Shown here: piece by piece, positions 50,058 through 62,845 of the stretch | Layout of the letters: each line of letters begins with the position of its first letter | Position numbering within the stretch: position 1 is the first letter of the stretch | Assembly: GCF_036588685.1 (NCBI RefSeq) | Contig: NC_086375.1 | Coordinates: 17,422,001 to 17,486,000 of the forward strand | DNA length: 64,000 bases | Reading direction: 5' to 3' | Origin: Mytilus trossulus | Lineage: Eukaryota | Made by a program: the position numbers and the translations under genes | The notes under the pieces: model-generated | Told to the model about the DNA's origin: nothing | Seen by the model: only the letters and a program-made list of their open reading frames with translations | Databases searched by the model: none

Positions 50058-50214
50058 ATGAACACTTTGTATTTAGCATTTGTACTTGTTCAAAATGCAC
50101 ATCTGTGTTTTACTTTATCTGTAGAAGTAGTAAAGGCAAATTGTAGGGACCCGGAAGCTGCTATTGTTTTCATTCCCGCAAAGGATATACATGGGGACAG
50201 ATACACACCTTTAG
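50058..50214 (+). CDS. Hydrolase C exon 1
   Basis: MNTLYLAFVL...RYTPLG|gtaagg, 157 nt. Confidence 0.9.
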
Positions 50215-53200
50215 GTAAGGTCAAATAACATTATAAATTACATATACGACTCTCTCTGACATTTGAATAGAGGGCCAAGGTACGACATAATATGTCTAAC
50301 TAAGACAAGTATATAATAATTATATAAATGATGAACTTTATAACTGATAAAAGAAAACTAACAGTTGTTTTACGGAATTGATAACCGTTTGTGAATTACG
50401 ATCTTTGTTATATCTCCAAGTTGATGCAATATTTCATAATTTCAATTTCTTATCATGATTTCAAAATCCTTGATCATGTTGATAGGGGATTGTTGCTAAC
50501 AAAGAAGTTATTACATCAAGGGTGCCATATGTTTGGAAGGATCAGCTTTCTCTTTACAAAATGGAGATTAAAACTGGTTTTGGTGAATATCGTGTTGATT
50601 ACAGCATCGCAATATGTTTGGTTATTTAACAACACATCATGTTTTTTGATTATTCATATTTAAAACAAAATGCTCTCCAAAAAGGCAGCTGCCAGATTAC
50701 AACGCGTCGGCTTTTCACGTGAACACTATTTTTACACATAACTGTATTCATAGACACCCTGAAATCGGTAGACGTAGCCGGGTACTTGTACATCCCAACA
50801 GCAAACAAGTAAAATCACAAAAATACTGAACTCCGAGAAATTGTAGATAAAAAAGTTCGTAATCAAATGGCAAAAGCTCAAACACATCAAATGAATTGAT
50901 AACAAATATCAAATTACTGACTTGGTACAGGAATTTTCTAATGTAGAAAATGGTGGATCAAACCTGGTTTTATAACATGCTAAACCTCTCACTTGTATGA
51001 TAGTCGCATTAAATGTAATTATAATGACAACGATAAGTAAACAAAACAAACAGACATAGTAGGTATAAATGTAAAAAAATAGGGCTACAGCAGTCAACAT
51101 TGTTTTATTATTTTAATCACTATAAACAAACATTTCCCATGTGATAAAATACAACGACAGGATACATAAGAACAGAGTCACGTCATCGGCCCAAAGAAAC
51201 AGAATACACAGCCACAGCATATGCGTAGCAATAATTTATTTTCAACGACAAGAATACACAAATTATATAGAACACTCAAATGACGGGATGTATAAGTACA
51301 GAGCCACGTCAAATGGAGTCCACTAAAAAAACCAGACTAAACATTAAAAGTAAAATTCATGAAGATACATAAAAGAATACTACACAACTTATTGAGATGA
51401 TAAACAACGTCAGTACCAAGAATCTATACTCCAAGACCATCGTGTATTCTTTTTGAAACTGATTCGAACTTTTTTTCAACAAGGTCTTGGTACCTTCCGA
51501 TGAAACTTTTTTTTTAGAAAAAGGACGAGACGTTCTTTGACATAACACTGGTTCATCAACTTTTTGCTCAAACACTGGTGACGTTTTACAAAGTCTGAGT
51601 AGTTGCTGTATGCTTTTAAATACCGAATAAGTTGGGAAATTTATATCCCATATGCAGGTGAAGTTGGTATAGCTACTAAGGTTGGGGAAATTGACAATTT
51701 AAAATTTGAAATCGTCTCGTTTGTCATAGATTATGGTACTGAGAGGTGTATATCAAATTCGAGGTATAAGTCCAAATATGAGCGGAGGAAGTCGTGTTTG
51801 TTGTTTCTTTAATTTCTATGGAGGATATATTAATGGAACTTAATCAGAAAATTTTGGATTATAAATGGGGAAAAAAACATCATCAAAATATCGGAATGTG
51901 AATTTAAATGACCAGGCTTTTTTTCTCTTCTTGTATTTTACAAGTGTCTAAAGGAACTCCGATTCATATAAAAATAAGAAGAGATCAGCAAGGACAGGCA
52001 CACTGTTTGTTCCAACAATGCCGACACTTTGTTGAAAACGTTTACCTCCAAATTAAACAAATAGGTTGTCAATTAGAAACTCAAGCAAACTGTTCACTTG
52101 TTCCTCTGAGTAGCATGTTTTACCTTGTTTGGTCCCTATTAACATAAAATGCCGTATGGTATTCCAAAGTAATATATTTATATCGTATGCTATCATTTTT
52201 ATGTTAAAAAGCATTGTGGATTATTACTTCAAACCCATTTTTAATTTCACACGGGGAATGTTGGTATACAGGGTATATACTGGTTAAACAAGAATCTGCC
52301 AAAAATTACGGAGAATCGGTCAGATTTTCACTTTAGTTTTTGTTGGTTATCTATGTTTTATTTTATTTTTCCGTTTTTAAAAAATATCTTTGTTTTTGGT
52401 CTCTTTAGAACGAAAGCAGGATAAACGAGCAACTGCTAGGTTTTTATTTACAAATGATTTAAATATTGCAGCTGAGGAGATCATACGGCGAAGTGATTTG
52501 AAACTATGGGTTGCCATATTTGATGAACAGCCATTTCTTGCTGACATGCCATTTGCATTTCTATCGGCATTTACACATTTAAAAACTCATGGATACAGAG
52601 GAAAGTCGACTTTCCTGGCTGGACATGGAGATGGAGGTTAGATTATATACATTATGGTTTTACCGAATGACTTGTCCATATGAAATATATATAGATGTAT
52701 TAAAGTGGTACCTACAGTACATGATCAAAATTAGTGTTTGTCAAACTGCTATATAACCAATGAAAACTTTCTGATAAAGTGGGTGGTTGGTCAATTTTTT
52801 TTGAAATTTACATATTTTCGACAAAACTTTATGAAAATTATAAGAGCCAAATTAATATTTGTCAAGGTGTTGGGTACAACCTAAAATAAATAAATTGTAA
52901 TCATTATGGGTCACAGAGGGGGTGAAGACAGAAGTTTTATTAGTATTCGGTCTGTCTATATATGACTTGAATATGATAAAAAATAATACAAAAAAGCATT
53001 AAATTAGATGATCCAATATCAGAATAAAACAAAAGTAAGATCGATTTTGTGTAACCAACATGTATAAAATAAAGTATTCAACAGATACAGTTACGTCTGT
53101 CTCATATCTGGAAAAGGCGTGAGAGTAAGACAAATAAGAGTTCAATGGCCTACATGAGGATCCATTTTTATTCATGGAAAACAAACTGGAAAGACTTCAA

Positions 53201-56200
53201 GTTTTAAATCTAGTATTGAAATCAAAATACATACACAAGTATATTGCTTACACCACAATACACTTCTATAAATGTTTTATCCGGATTTACATTTGTTAAC
53301 TTTTTTCTTGTCCGGTATTCTAAATTGCTTTTCTTAATAATTTTAGAGATCGTTGCTCAATTCATATTCCGGAACTTTTCGCAGTTCTTCACAGATTAAG
53401 CTTATAAACTGTCTGACCGACATTTATTCGTGTTTTATATCCATTGGGTAATATATGGTGATACTTTCGTCCTTCTACTCCCACTTTAACTTTTTGAATA
53501 TCAAGAACTTTTCTCGTGAAGTACACTAACAAGAACCTGATAATTTCAGCTCATACCATAGTTTCTACTAACAATTGTTTATTTTGAAGGTCTAGTAGCT
53601 GCTCGTTTTGGCACTTTTTCGAGTTACCTTCTTGGTGGAGTTTTGTTATATTCTTCATATCTGCCTGATGGAAGTCTTCTTAATAAGTATCCGACACCTG
53701 TTTTGACCATTAGCGGAGATCTGGACGGATTAACGAGAGTTACAAAAATTGTCGACATATTCGAGTGAGTTTTCATTTACAATTATCATTCATCATAAAT
53801 AAAACATGTGTAATTGGTGATGTTTTCTTTCTGAACTGAACATGTAGAACAAGAGCACAACATGTTTAATACCTAGTATATATGTACAAAAATATTTTTC
53901 TTTACGTCAATAAACTCATCATAGATACCAGGACTAAATTTTATATATACGCCAGACGCGGGTTTCGTCTACAAAAGACTCATCAGTGACGCCCGAATCC
54001 AAAAAAGTAAAAAAGGCCAAACAAAGTACGAAGTTGAAGAGCACTAAGCACCAAAATTTCCAAAAGTCCTGCCAAACACAATTTGTACTTCGGTCAACGC
54101 TTTTACACCCAACAAAGTTACAAAAAGAAGCATTCAATTCTTAAATAAAAGTCACCAACATGAAACACATAGTAAGCAGCCAATATTGTCCAATATAGCA
54201 AAGGTAAATAACGTGTATTAAAATGAAATTCTATGGACAAATTTAAACAAATGCTCAATACTTTAGAATGTAGCTTTTTATTGTATTGGTATTTCGTTAA
54301 AAAAATTAGATTACAAATTTCAAAGATTTGATTATTATAACCAGTTATGACAAAATCGAATTGTGTAATTTTGTTTAAAAGTAATGAGAAAAAAAATCAG
54401 TTATTTACTGTAGAACGAATGGGATGTTATTGTCACCTATATAAATATATTGTCCCTAGCCAACAACCTCGTTGACGGTTGTCTTTTTTTTTATATCTCA
54501 ATTAATTACCTAGATTGTATTTTTCTATATCTACATAGCTAATTTCCGCAAGTGTTCTAACTTGGACAGTTCAGACATCAAATCACCCCAAACCTACGGG
54601 TATTTTAAATGATATATTTACCCATATCCTTTTATTCCAAAACAAGCAGAAGTAAATCAAACCAAATACTTTATTTAGAGAGTTACAGGCAGATATTGCA
54701 CAATACCCAACACAAAAGTATAAAACTCCGGTAATTATGATGGAAGGTGTAAACTTCGGACAATTTGCATTCGGCAAACTACCATGGTGGTACGCTGAAC
54801 ACGATTTAACACCAGAGGTAACGCACTTAGATGCTTATCACACTATAGCTGACTACACGAGCGCATTCATGGTATCTGCACAAAACGCCTTAAAGACGAA
54901 TGTGACAGCAGCTCGTGCTTTTCTGGATCAGGGGTACTCAAATACTCAGTTATTACTGCAAGTAAGTCTGGTATTATATGGTTATATCATGTTTAAAATT
55001 AGCAAAAAAAAATATTAGATAAAATGGATGTCAAGTTGAAGCTTGTTTATTTGTTCTTTGTTTGGCTACATATTTGTTTTTCGTGATTGTTGCTATTGTA
55101 TTGTTTTTGGAAAATAAAAAAAAAAAACTAGAGCAAATGATGTAATAATATACAGCTCATTGTAATTTTTAATCTTTTTATTTCTTTCATACCTTACTTT
55201 TAGTCCCCGATTTTTTTTAAAATATATTACATTGTGGAGATCCCGGACATCGACCGCGAGTTTTTGTCCGTTTATTAATTAAGCGTAGGTGGCGTTCTAG
55301 TCTCTTTTCTGCTTGTGACATGAATACGTGATATTTTAATATATATCTTGGGTTTGAAAGGGGGGATACATTTGGTTAGTCCTTTATTTGACAACTTTGT
55401 ACTACCCAGCGGTTAAAATATTGTATCATTATTATTACGTGTACAGTTTCTTGAAGATTCAAGCAGAAAATGCTGAATAGTTATCAAAGGTACCAGGATA
55501 TTAATTTAGTACGCCAGACGCGCGTTTCGTTTACATAAGACTCTTCAGTGACGCTCAAATCAAAAATATTTATAAACCCAAACAAGTACAAAGATGAAGA
55601 GCATTTGGGATCCAAAATTTCAAAAAGTTGTGTCAAATACGGCTAAGGTAATCTATGCCTGGGATAAGAAAATCCTTAGTTTTTTCAAAAAGTTCAAAGT
55701 TTTGTATACAGGAAATTTATAAAAATGACCACATTATTGATATTCATCTCAACACCGAAGTGTTGACTACTGGGCTGTTGATACCCTCGGGGACGAAACG
55801 TCCACCAGCAGTGGCATCGACCCAGTGGTGTAAATAGTTATCAAAGTATCCTGAAGTTACTTTCGACATTCATGCAGAAAATGCTGAAGTTACTTTTAGG
55901 TGACACGTCACATTGATAAGATTTTCAAAACATGTTTGATCAAAAGTATAGAACTTCATGATAAATTCATACTGGACTATATCAAACAACGCTGGGAAAT
56001 AATGTTGAATAACTGTCATATTCCTGACTTGGCACAGACATTTCAAGAAGAAAACAGTGGGTTCCTGGTTTACGAGGCAAAAACAATTACAGATAGATCA
56101 TTATGTAATATGATTACTGCCCTATACAGATAAAACAAGTGAATGTTTATCTTTATTTCAGCCTCTTTCACAGGTGAAAGCTTTAGACCAGAACATAGAG

Positions 56201-59200
56201 TTAGTATCTCATTGGACAACTACTGCTCAACAGCTTATTGTTAATTTGCTCAATTCCACATCAGTTGAGGTATACTTCAAATTTAAGTGAAGTATTTATT
56301 TTCATTTGGTGCTAGACATAAAAAGTTTACCATAAGATTACGAAATACATAGTGATTATTTCATATAGAGAAAAAAGTAAAAACACAAAAATACTGAACT
56401 CCGAGGAAAATTCAAAAAGGAAAATAAAAAAAGAAAATATTTTGATATAGTAAAACAAATTGACAATTCAGGAACCTGTGATTCAGTCTTATTTGTGGTT
56501 ATTGTTTGTTATATTTTGTTTTCTTTAATTGTTTTGTCTTAAGGTAGATTGATGGTATACCGCCATCTTGGATTGTACAATCACAGTACAAAATCGGTCT
56601 AGTTATTTGCTTAAATCTGCAAATTTGGAGACAGATTTGCAATTCAATTGTTAGAAGTTTTTTTCTATTGAAAGAAAACTTTTTAATTGATTGTATTAGA
56701 CAAAATATTTTAACAAATATTATGTTCTTTGGTTTTAAAATAATTTTTTTCTAATGAGTCATTTAAGGGGAGATAACTCTTTTAGTACAAAATTTATACT
56801 GGGCTAATAGGGAATTTTTTTATATTTACTTTTAGCAAGAAAACAAGTTCGGTGACACCATGTTTTCTTTTTATTATCTTAAAACATATTATGAAACCTT
56901 TCTTCTCACAATTTATTTCAAAATTCTATCTCATAGATTTTTTTTTATGCACACTAATGTGTTTTTTCATGAACAAACTAACCAAATTTTTGCAATTTTC
57001 AACGACTCATATCTTGGAAAATAGCACGGTGACCCATACTTTTTATTAAATTTTTGAAAAGAGCATAGTATAATCTTCATTTTGGCAAATTATAAAAAAA
57101 ATCTGTCTCAAAAAATATATACTGGTGATCCACCTTAAATCAGGCCGTTTGGTTATTGCGTTTAAATTGTTCTACATTTTGTAATTTTGACATTATCTAT
57201 AGCTGACTATACGAAATAAGTTTTGCTCATTGTTGAAGGTCGTATGGTGACCTATAGTTGCTTATATCTACGTCATGTTGGTTCTGTGTGATCGTTAAAT
57301 CTCATTTGCAAGCATGCACAATCTTATATTATATTGGGAGATATTATATATTTGCAACGTCGGAAGAATATGAGCACATCCATTGTTGAAGGCCATTATT
57401 GGAAGTTATGTGTGTTGTCTCATTGACAATCATATGATATCTCCTATTTACAGTTAAATAATTGTTTATTACTTTTTATATCTAGTTTGTAAATCATGAA
57501 ACTGGTTCTGAAAATGCTAGAAAGGAAAAACAACCAAATCCATCGATTCTGACAGACGATTTACAGATTGTCAGCTCAACATCAATAATGTTTGATAAAA
57601 GACCGAAAGATAGCTCAGTGTATCCACAGAGTCCAGTGCAACTAAAAGCAACAATGACCAGTCAAGAAGAAGTGAGAAAGAGGATAGGAACTAACCAGTT
57701 TGGAGATCCTGCATCATGCCAGGATATTAATCAGGTTAATTTGTAGTACTTAAGTAAAATCGTGTAACTGGAACGGAAATTCAAAAAAAAATTGAATGAA
57801 ATCGATTTGTCCAAACAGATAAATTGAACATTAATCTACGGATTGCTTGATGGTGCTTAATGAAACTTCGTGCACGCTTGACTATATCGTGGTGGTGATA
57901 AATAATATAATATAAGAACGACCATACAATAAAATTGAGAAAGGAAATGGGGAATGTGTCAGAGCGACAACAACCCGATAATAGAGCAGACAACAGCCGA
58001 AGGCCACCAACGGGTCTTCAATGTAGCGCGAAACTCCCACACCCGTAGGCGTCCATCAGCTAGCCCCTTAAAAATATGTATACTAGTACATTGATAATGG
58101 ACGTCAAACTTAACTCTGAATTTTACACAAGAAACTAAAATTAAAAATCATACAAGCCTAACAAAGGCCAGAGGCTTTTGACTTGAGACAGGCGCAAAAT
58201 TGCTTTGTGGTTAAACATGTTTATGAGATCTCAACCCCCTATACCTCTAGCCAATGTAGAAAAGTAAACGCATACCAATACGCACATTAAAATACATTCA
58301 GTTCAAGAGAAGTGCGTGTCCGATGTCAGAAGAAAATAAATAAAATGACAATGATGCATAAATAACAACAGACTACTAGCAGTTAACTGACATGCCAGCT
58401 CCAGACCTCAATTAAACTGATTGAAAGATTATGTCTTCATCATATGAATATCAGGCACAATCCCTCCCGTTAGTGGTTAAGTATCATACTATCATAAAAT
58501 ATATGTCATGCTTACAACTGTTTTTTTTTTTTAGATAAATGTGTTAAGTTCCGATGCAAAGACCCTATAAGTGAATCAATATTGAAGCCAAAATATGCAA
58601 TCTTTAATGACCTAACAACAGTATCGTAACTAAAGTATATTTTTAGAAATAATATACTATTGTATGATCGTTCTTGAAAATTCGTACATATTATATTGAA
58701 CACGATCAAGCTGCTAAAAGCAAAGCATCCATTACATCGTACCACTTAAAATCCTTCTGACAATAGTTTGTATATTCGACGGCAAATCATGCATTACAGT
58801 TTATTTTGATTTAATCCTACATTTTGTTTTTCTGTGTGTAAACCATAGACATTTAAGTATACAGCATAAATTCATTTGAAGGATTAAATATAAAGAATGA
58901 TAAATGGCAAAATCTGTATCGCATGCTGTATGACCACGAGAAACCAATATCAGTCCCGAGGGCCGAAGTTCCCGAGGGCGGATGTTGGTCGATACGGATT
59001 TTACCATGTATTGATATGTTTATCATATTATTTAACAAATGTTAGCGGGCAACCGTTTGATTCTGTGGTGGAAGCCTGTAGGATTTTTAGAAGTAAATAA
59101 TGTTGTCTTATTACACGTAAAATTATAGATATTCTGAACATATGTTCTAGGCTTATTCACTCCGGTGTATTGATTTGTAATTATCTAACATTTGATGCTG

Positions 59201-60440
59201 GAGATGTTACTGTTTAACATAATAATGTATAATTTGCCCAAATGTTACCACTTAATATGAGACAGATTTTAGAAATAAATATTCTGATCACAATTTAGAT
59301 TAAAATGAACAATCTTGTCTTATCACACATGAACAATTAATATTTTGGCCGTATATAGACTTTTGTAATCATCTATAAAGTTATCAATCATAAACAGAAA
59401 ATATAGAAAGAAGTATATGTATTATCAGTTGTTGTTTTGAGAGATATACAGTGAATGTTCCACTCTCTTTTTCACCTAAACAAATATAACTTCGTTCATG
59501 AAATTTAAAAAATTACTCGCTAATTTTCTCCTTTCGGATAATGAAACTTCTCTTTCGGATGACAGTTGATGTATAAACCATGTTTGAAATAAATATCCTG
59601 ACATCAGCAAATTTGCCACCTCATCTCTCCCACCCAACCCCATCACAACAAGATCGTCGTCTAACATACTGCTGCTTAGCCCTCTTTCTGACTATTAGTT
59701 GATGTGGGTACATTTTGTATCATGCCCGGAAATACGGCAACTGGACGTCAAGGTATATGTCCAAACTTGACGTCATTTGATGAATATATTTCAATTGGAT
59801 AACAACCGAGGAGTTCCGGAAATAATCACGAGATGTATCAAAAGGGTGCGATACGTGGAATGCGATACGGTTTTAGCTTTGCGATACGGGATATGCGATA
59901 CAGGGTAGATGATACAGACTGGAGTAAAACACTCAATTAGATATACATTATTCCTCTATTTCGTACTAAACATATGATAAATGACTATATTAATAATATT
60001 TCGGCATGCAGATAGTTTGTTTCCCTTGTGATAAAACAATCGACTCTACGCGTATCTCCTAGCGTTCATACAGTAGATATTTCAAAATTACTTCCACTAT
60101 TTTCTAATTGTATCTTTTTTAGGATGCATTTACGCTAGCATTTTCGAAATCATCGAGGACTGCACAATCAAGATATCAAGCAAAGGGACGACCAATCAAG
60201 TTTCTTAAAGACGTAAACGTGTCTTCAAAAAGCCATTGGAATCGAGCTTACTTACATTTAACGTATAACAATACGGGACTTTTTGTGGGAGCAACTCGAT
60301 TCCACACAACAGAAACCAACCCAGATATCAGTATATCTGGACAAGATGACTGTACTTTATTATCTCCTTACAGAGTAATGGAATGGATATATATTGATGC
60401 ATTAAAAAATTCAAAGCCACAACGCAATAAAAGCCTTTGA
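50058..60440 (+). CDS. Secreted alpha/beta-hydrolase-fold protein, copy C, 484 aa; predicted catalytically dead
   Basis: Exons 50058-50214, 52472-52636, 53590-53764, 54679-54961, 56162-56269, 57486-57734, 60123-60440 in frame. GHGDGG, SGDLDG, NFGQFA; AATAAA at 60486. Confidence 0.88.
50808..51790 (-). mobile_element. Penelope-like element 3' end (RT C-terminus 51600-51790 plus ~800-bp tail)
   Basis: Minus strand reads YDKRDDFKF*IVNFPNLSS/IPTSPAYGI*ISQLIRY; tail homologous to 23510-24275. Confidence 0.7.
52472..52636 (+). CDS. Hydrolase C exon 2 (GHGDGG)
   Basis: ttgcag acceptor, gttaga donor, 165 nt. Confidence 0.88.
53590..53764 (+). CDS. Hydrolase C exon 3
   Basis: 175 nt, YPTPVLTISGDLDGLTRV. 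Confidence 0.88.
53910..54080 (-). mobile_element. Retrozyme subfamily fragment, hammerhead at 53949-53992, in intron 3 of hydrolase C
   Basis: Minus strand GCGTCA CTGATGA GTCTTTTGTAGAC GAAACCCGCGTC TGGCGT. Confidence 0.8.
54679..54961 (+). CDS. Hydrolase C exon 4
   Basis: 283 nt, NFGQFA, CAA|gtaagt. Confidence 0.9.
55478..55846 (-). mobile_element. Full retrozyme monomer (period 357 bp), hammerhead at 55511-55554, in intron 4 of hydrolase C
   Basis: TAGTTATCAAAG at both ends; core CTGAAGA...GAAACGCGCGTC. Confidence 0.8.
56162..56269 (+). CDS. Hydrolase C exon 5
   Basis: 108 nt, PLSQVKALDQ... Confidence 0.9.
56543..57134. mobile_element. Related Kolobok-type element in opposite orientation
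   Basis: TTAA flanks; shares CCATCTTGGATT, AAGGGGAGATAACTC, AAGAAAACAAGTTCGGTGAC and CGGTGACCCATACTTTT with the reverse complement of 17684-18273. Confidence 0.7.
57486..57734 (+). CDS. Hydrolase C exon 6
   Basis: 249 nt, PQSPVQLKATMT...CQDINQ. Confidence 0.9.
57928..58505. repeat. Interspersed repeat (aataaaattgagaa.ggaaatggggaatgtgtc family) in intron 6 of hydrolase C
   Basis: Recognised mussel-type repeat; short inverted match near 5545-5583. Confidence 0.55.
60123..60440 (+). CDS. Hydrolase C exon 7 (terminal)
   Basis: DAFTLAFSKSS...CTLLSPYRVMEWIYIDAL...TGA. Confidence 0.9.
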   Translation, partial: DAFTLAFSKSSRTAQSRYQAKGRPIKFLKDVNVSSKSHWNRAYLHLTYNNTGLFVGATRFHTTETNPDISISGQDDCTLLSPYRVMEWIYIDALKNSKPQRNKSL

Positions 60441-60982
60441 CAGGATAACTAGTTGAGTGTTGTTATGGTTTGAATATTGCATTTCAATAAAGTGACAAAG
60501 CGATGAATAACTTAAACAATTTGAAATGGTGCTCATTTTTAAAATCTAATGTTACGCTTTTATTTATCAAATCAGAGGTGTTTGGTGATCTTTGAGACTG
60601 TTTTACTGGAATAATATTAGAAAAAGTCCTAACTTTATATCAGTATATATTTACTTTCTAAATGTTAAAAAAAACCGAAACAGCATAGTGTTTCTATTCT
60701 TGACATAGATTCACTATTCACACAGGAAAAAATCTAGAAAAAAGGAGCACCACTTTTATTACTGTTCTTCATTTCATAGTCACTGTGTAGTCGTCAACAT
60801 CGATAAAATAAGCTCTCACCTCATTGCAAATTGCAGACAGACCGAGTACCGGTATGAGCGGATATATTCATATTTGTAAAATACAGTTGCTACATCAAAA
60901 AGCAAGTAACTAGTATGGTTGAATTTCTAATTGACATTGGCTCTTTGTCATCTTAATTTAGTAGTTGAATTTTTCTTCCTGC

Positions 60983-61420
60983 AGGTTGTCAGCATACCTA
61001 TGGGAACCAACTGTGTACCTTTTTCGGTCGCCTTTTTAAAAAAATTTCATATGAGTTAAATATCCTTCAGATGCTTCAGATAAAGACAAGAGGATCAAAG
61101 AAACATATTTATTTATTGAATTACATGTATATTGATAATATTCCTTCCAATAACAATCCGAGCTTAACTGATTGGTACCCATGAATATATCATGAACTAG
61201 AGATTCAGAAACTACAGATACAGCTTTTCAACTTCATTTCTAGACATCCACTCAGAATTAGACAACAGCGGTCGTCTCAGTACCCGAATCTATGACAAAT
61301 AAGACTATATTAAAGAGCTCGCACCTGTTACTTAGACTTAAGACTTTAGACTTTAAATATAAATAAAGACCCAGAGTTTGGTCAACGTTCTTTTTCACAA
61401 AAAGGTGAACCAGAAATACC
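60983..61420 (+). mobile_element. Degenerate Penelope-like RT fragment
   Basis: IPMGTNC, YIDNIP, ETTDTAFSTSFLDI, STRIYDK with stops and frameshifts. Confidence 0.65.
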
Positions 61421-61900
61421 AAACCCTGATTGATTCATATTCAGTGTTTACTTCAAAAATCAATACAATATGATATCGTTTCGATGTTGGGTATCTTTTT
61501 GTTTACTAACCAGTTTTCCCTTTATCTCTCTCCGTGCTATTATGTTTTTGTATGAGTTTTGACGTATTGTGCGTTTTTATGCATCTCACTGTCGTGTATT
61601 TGAATTTGGGCGTTCCTGGTGCAGGTAGATCCTAATGTGCGATTCGAAAGCAACAGAGCTTTACAGTGTTATTTGAATTTTGTTTATCCTTGTATTCATA
61701 TTTTTCCCCAATTTGTTATCGGCGTCTTTGTCTATTTACCATCAACTACAAGAAGCATTTTTGTTCACTTCGTTGTCATATTAACTTCAAACTACAAAGT
61801 TTTTTATGTATTTCCCCTTTGTAAATATGCATTGGAGTTCGGGTTTATGTTGTGCTATTTTACGCCGCTTTATAAAAGAGTAGTTGAAAACAACTTGCAT

Positions 61901-62245
61901 CACTGGGTCGATACCTCTGCTGGTGGACTATCAGTTCCAAAGGGTATCATCAGCTCAGTAGTCAGTACTTCGGTACTGAAAAGATTTAACAAATTTTACT
62001 CAAATTGTCCGGTCATAAATTTTGGAGTTATTTAGAAACTAAGGTTTCAACTCCCTCAGGCAAAGTTGACTTCAGATGAATTTGGCTATTTATTTTAGGT
62101 ATTTTTTACATATAGATCTTCAACGGTTTCGGTACTTATACATCTTCGGATTTCAAATGTTTGCTTTGAGCGTTCCTGATGAAGGTAAATAGAAAAAAAG
62201 CGCTTCGGACGCAAGAAATTATTAAACGTGTTGTTTTCAATTTTT
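61901..62245 (+). mobile_element. Second retrozyme family, degenerate hammerhead at 62170-62212
   Basis: Shares CACTGGGTCGAT..CTGCTGGTGGAC..GTAGTCAG block with family 1; GCGTTC CTGATGA...AAGCGCTTC GGACGC. Confidence 0.65.
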
Positions 62246-62845
62246 TTGCATCAATTGTTTTGATTTTTTTTTTATTCTTTGAACTTGGTAAATTCTGAAT
62301 ATAAATGAAACCGGTTTTGCTGTCAATTGTATATTTCTCACACGATTATTTTTGTGCCACGTGAAGGGGGTATCCCAATTTATAAGAGCGGAAATAGATT
62401 TACGATGCTTATTTATAATAATATATACATGTCCATAAACTCCTATGTGTTAATGCATTTCTAAATTTGTTGGCTTTTCTTTTTCGTAGCAGTTAGTGTT
62501 TCTGTTGTTCCGTTGTTTTTCTCTTTTAGTTGATGTGTTTCTTCTGTTTTGGTAATAATCCGGATTTGTTTCAGTTAAACTGATGTATGACTTTTGAACA
62601 GCGTAATACTACTGTTACGTTCATTTTACATCAAAGAGATGTATAACAAGATATCCATGTGCACATTTGTAAATAGAAGGTTTTAAATGAGACAACAGTA
62701 TTATTTTTTATTATGCCATTTGAAAAAATCAATAATTGCGTTTTAGTTAATTGCGGTTAAGTTGTTGGTCAAAGTATGATATGTCTTTACACGTTTGAAT
62801 GTGTGCCATGTGCTTTATATCGACATGGCTTGGGATCATAACCTG

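Noticed and set aside
52637-53589. Search for a second exon 2 in hydrolase C (and in A)
   Set aside because: No LAGH-type exon found; the duplication is seen only in copy B.
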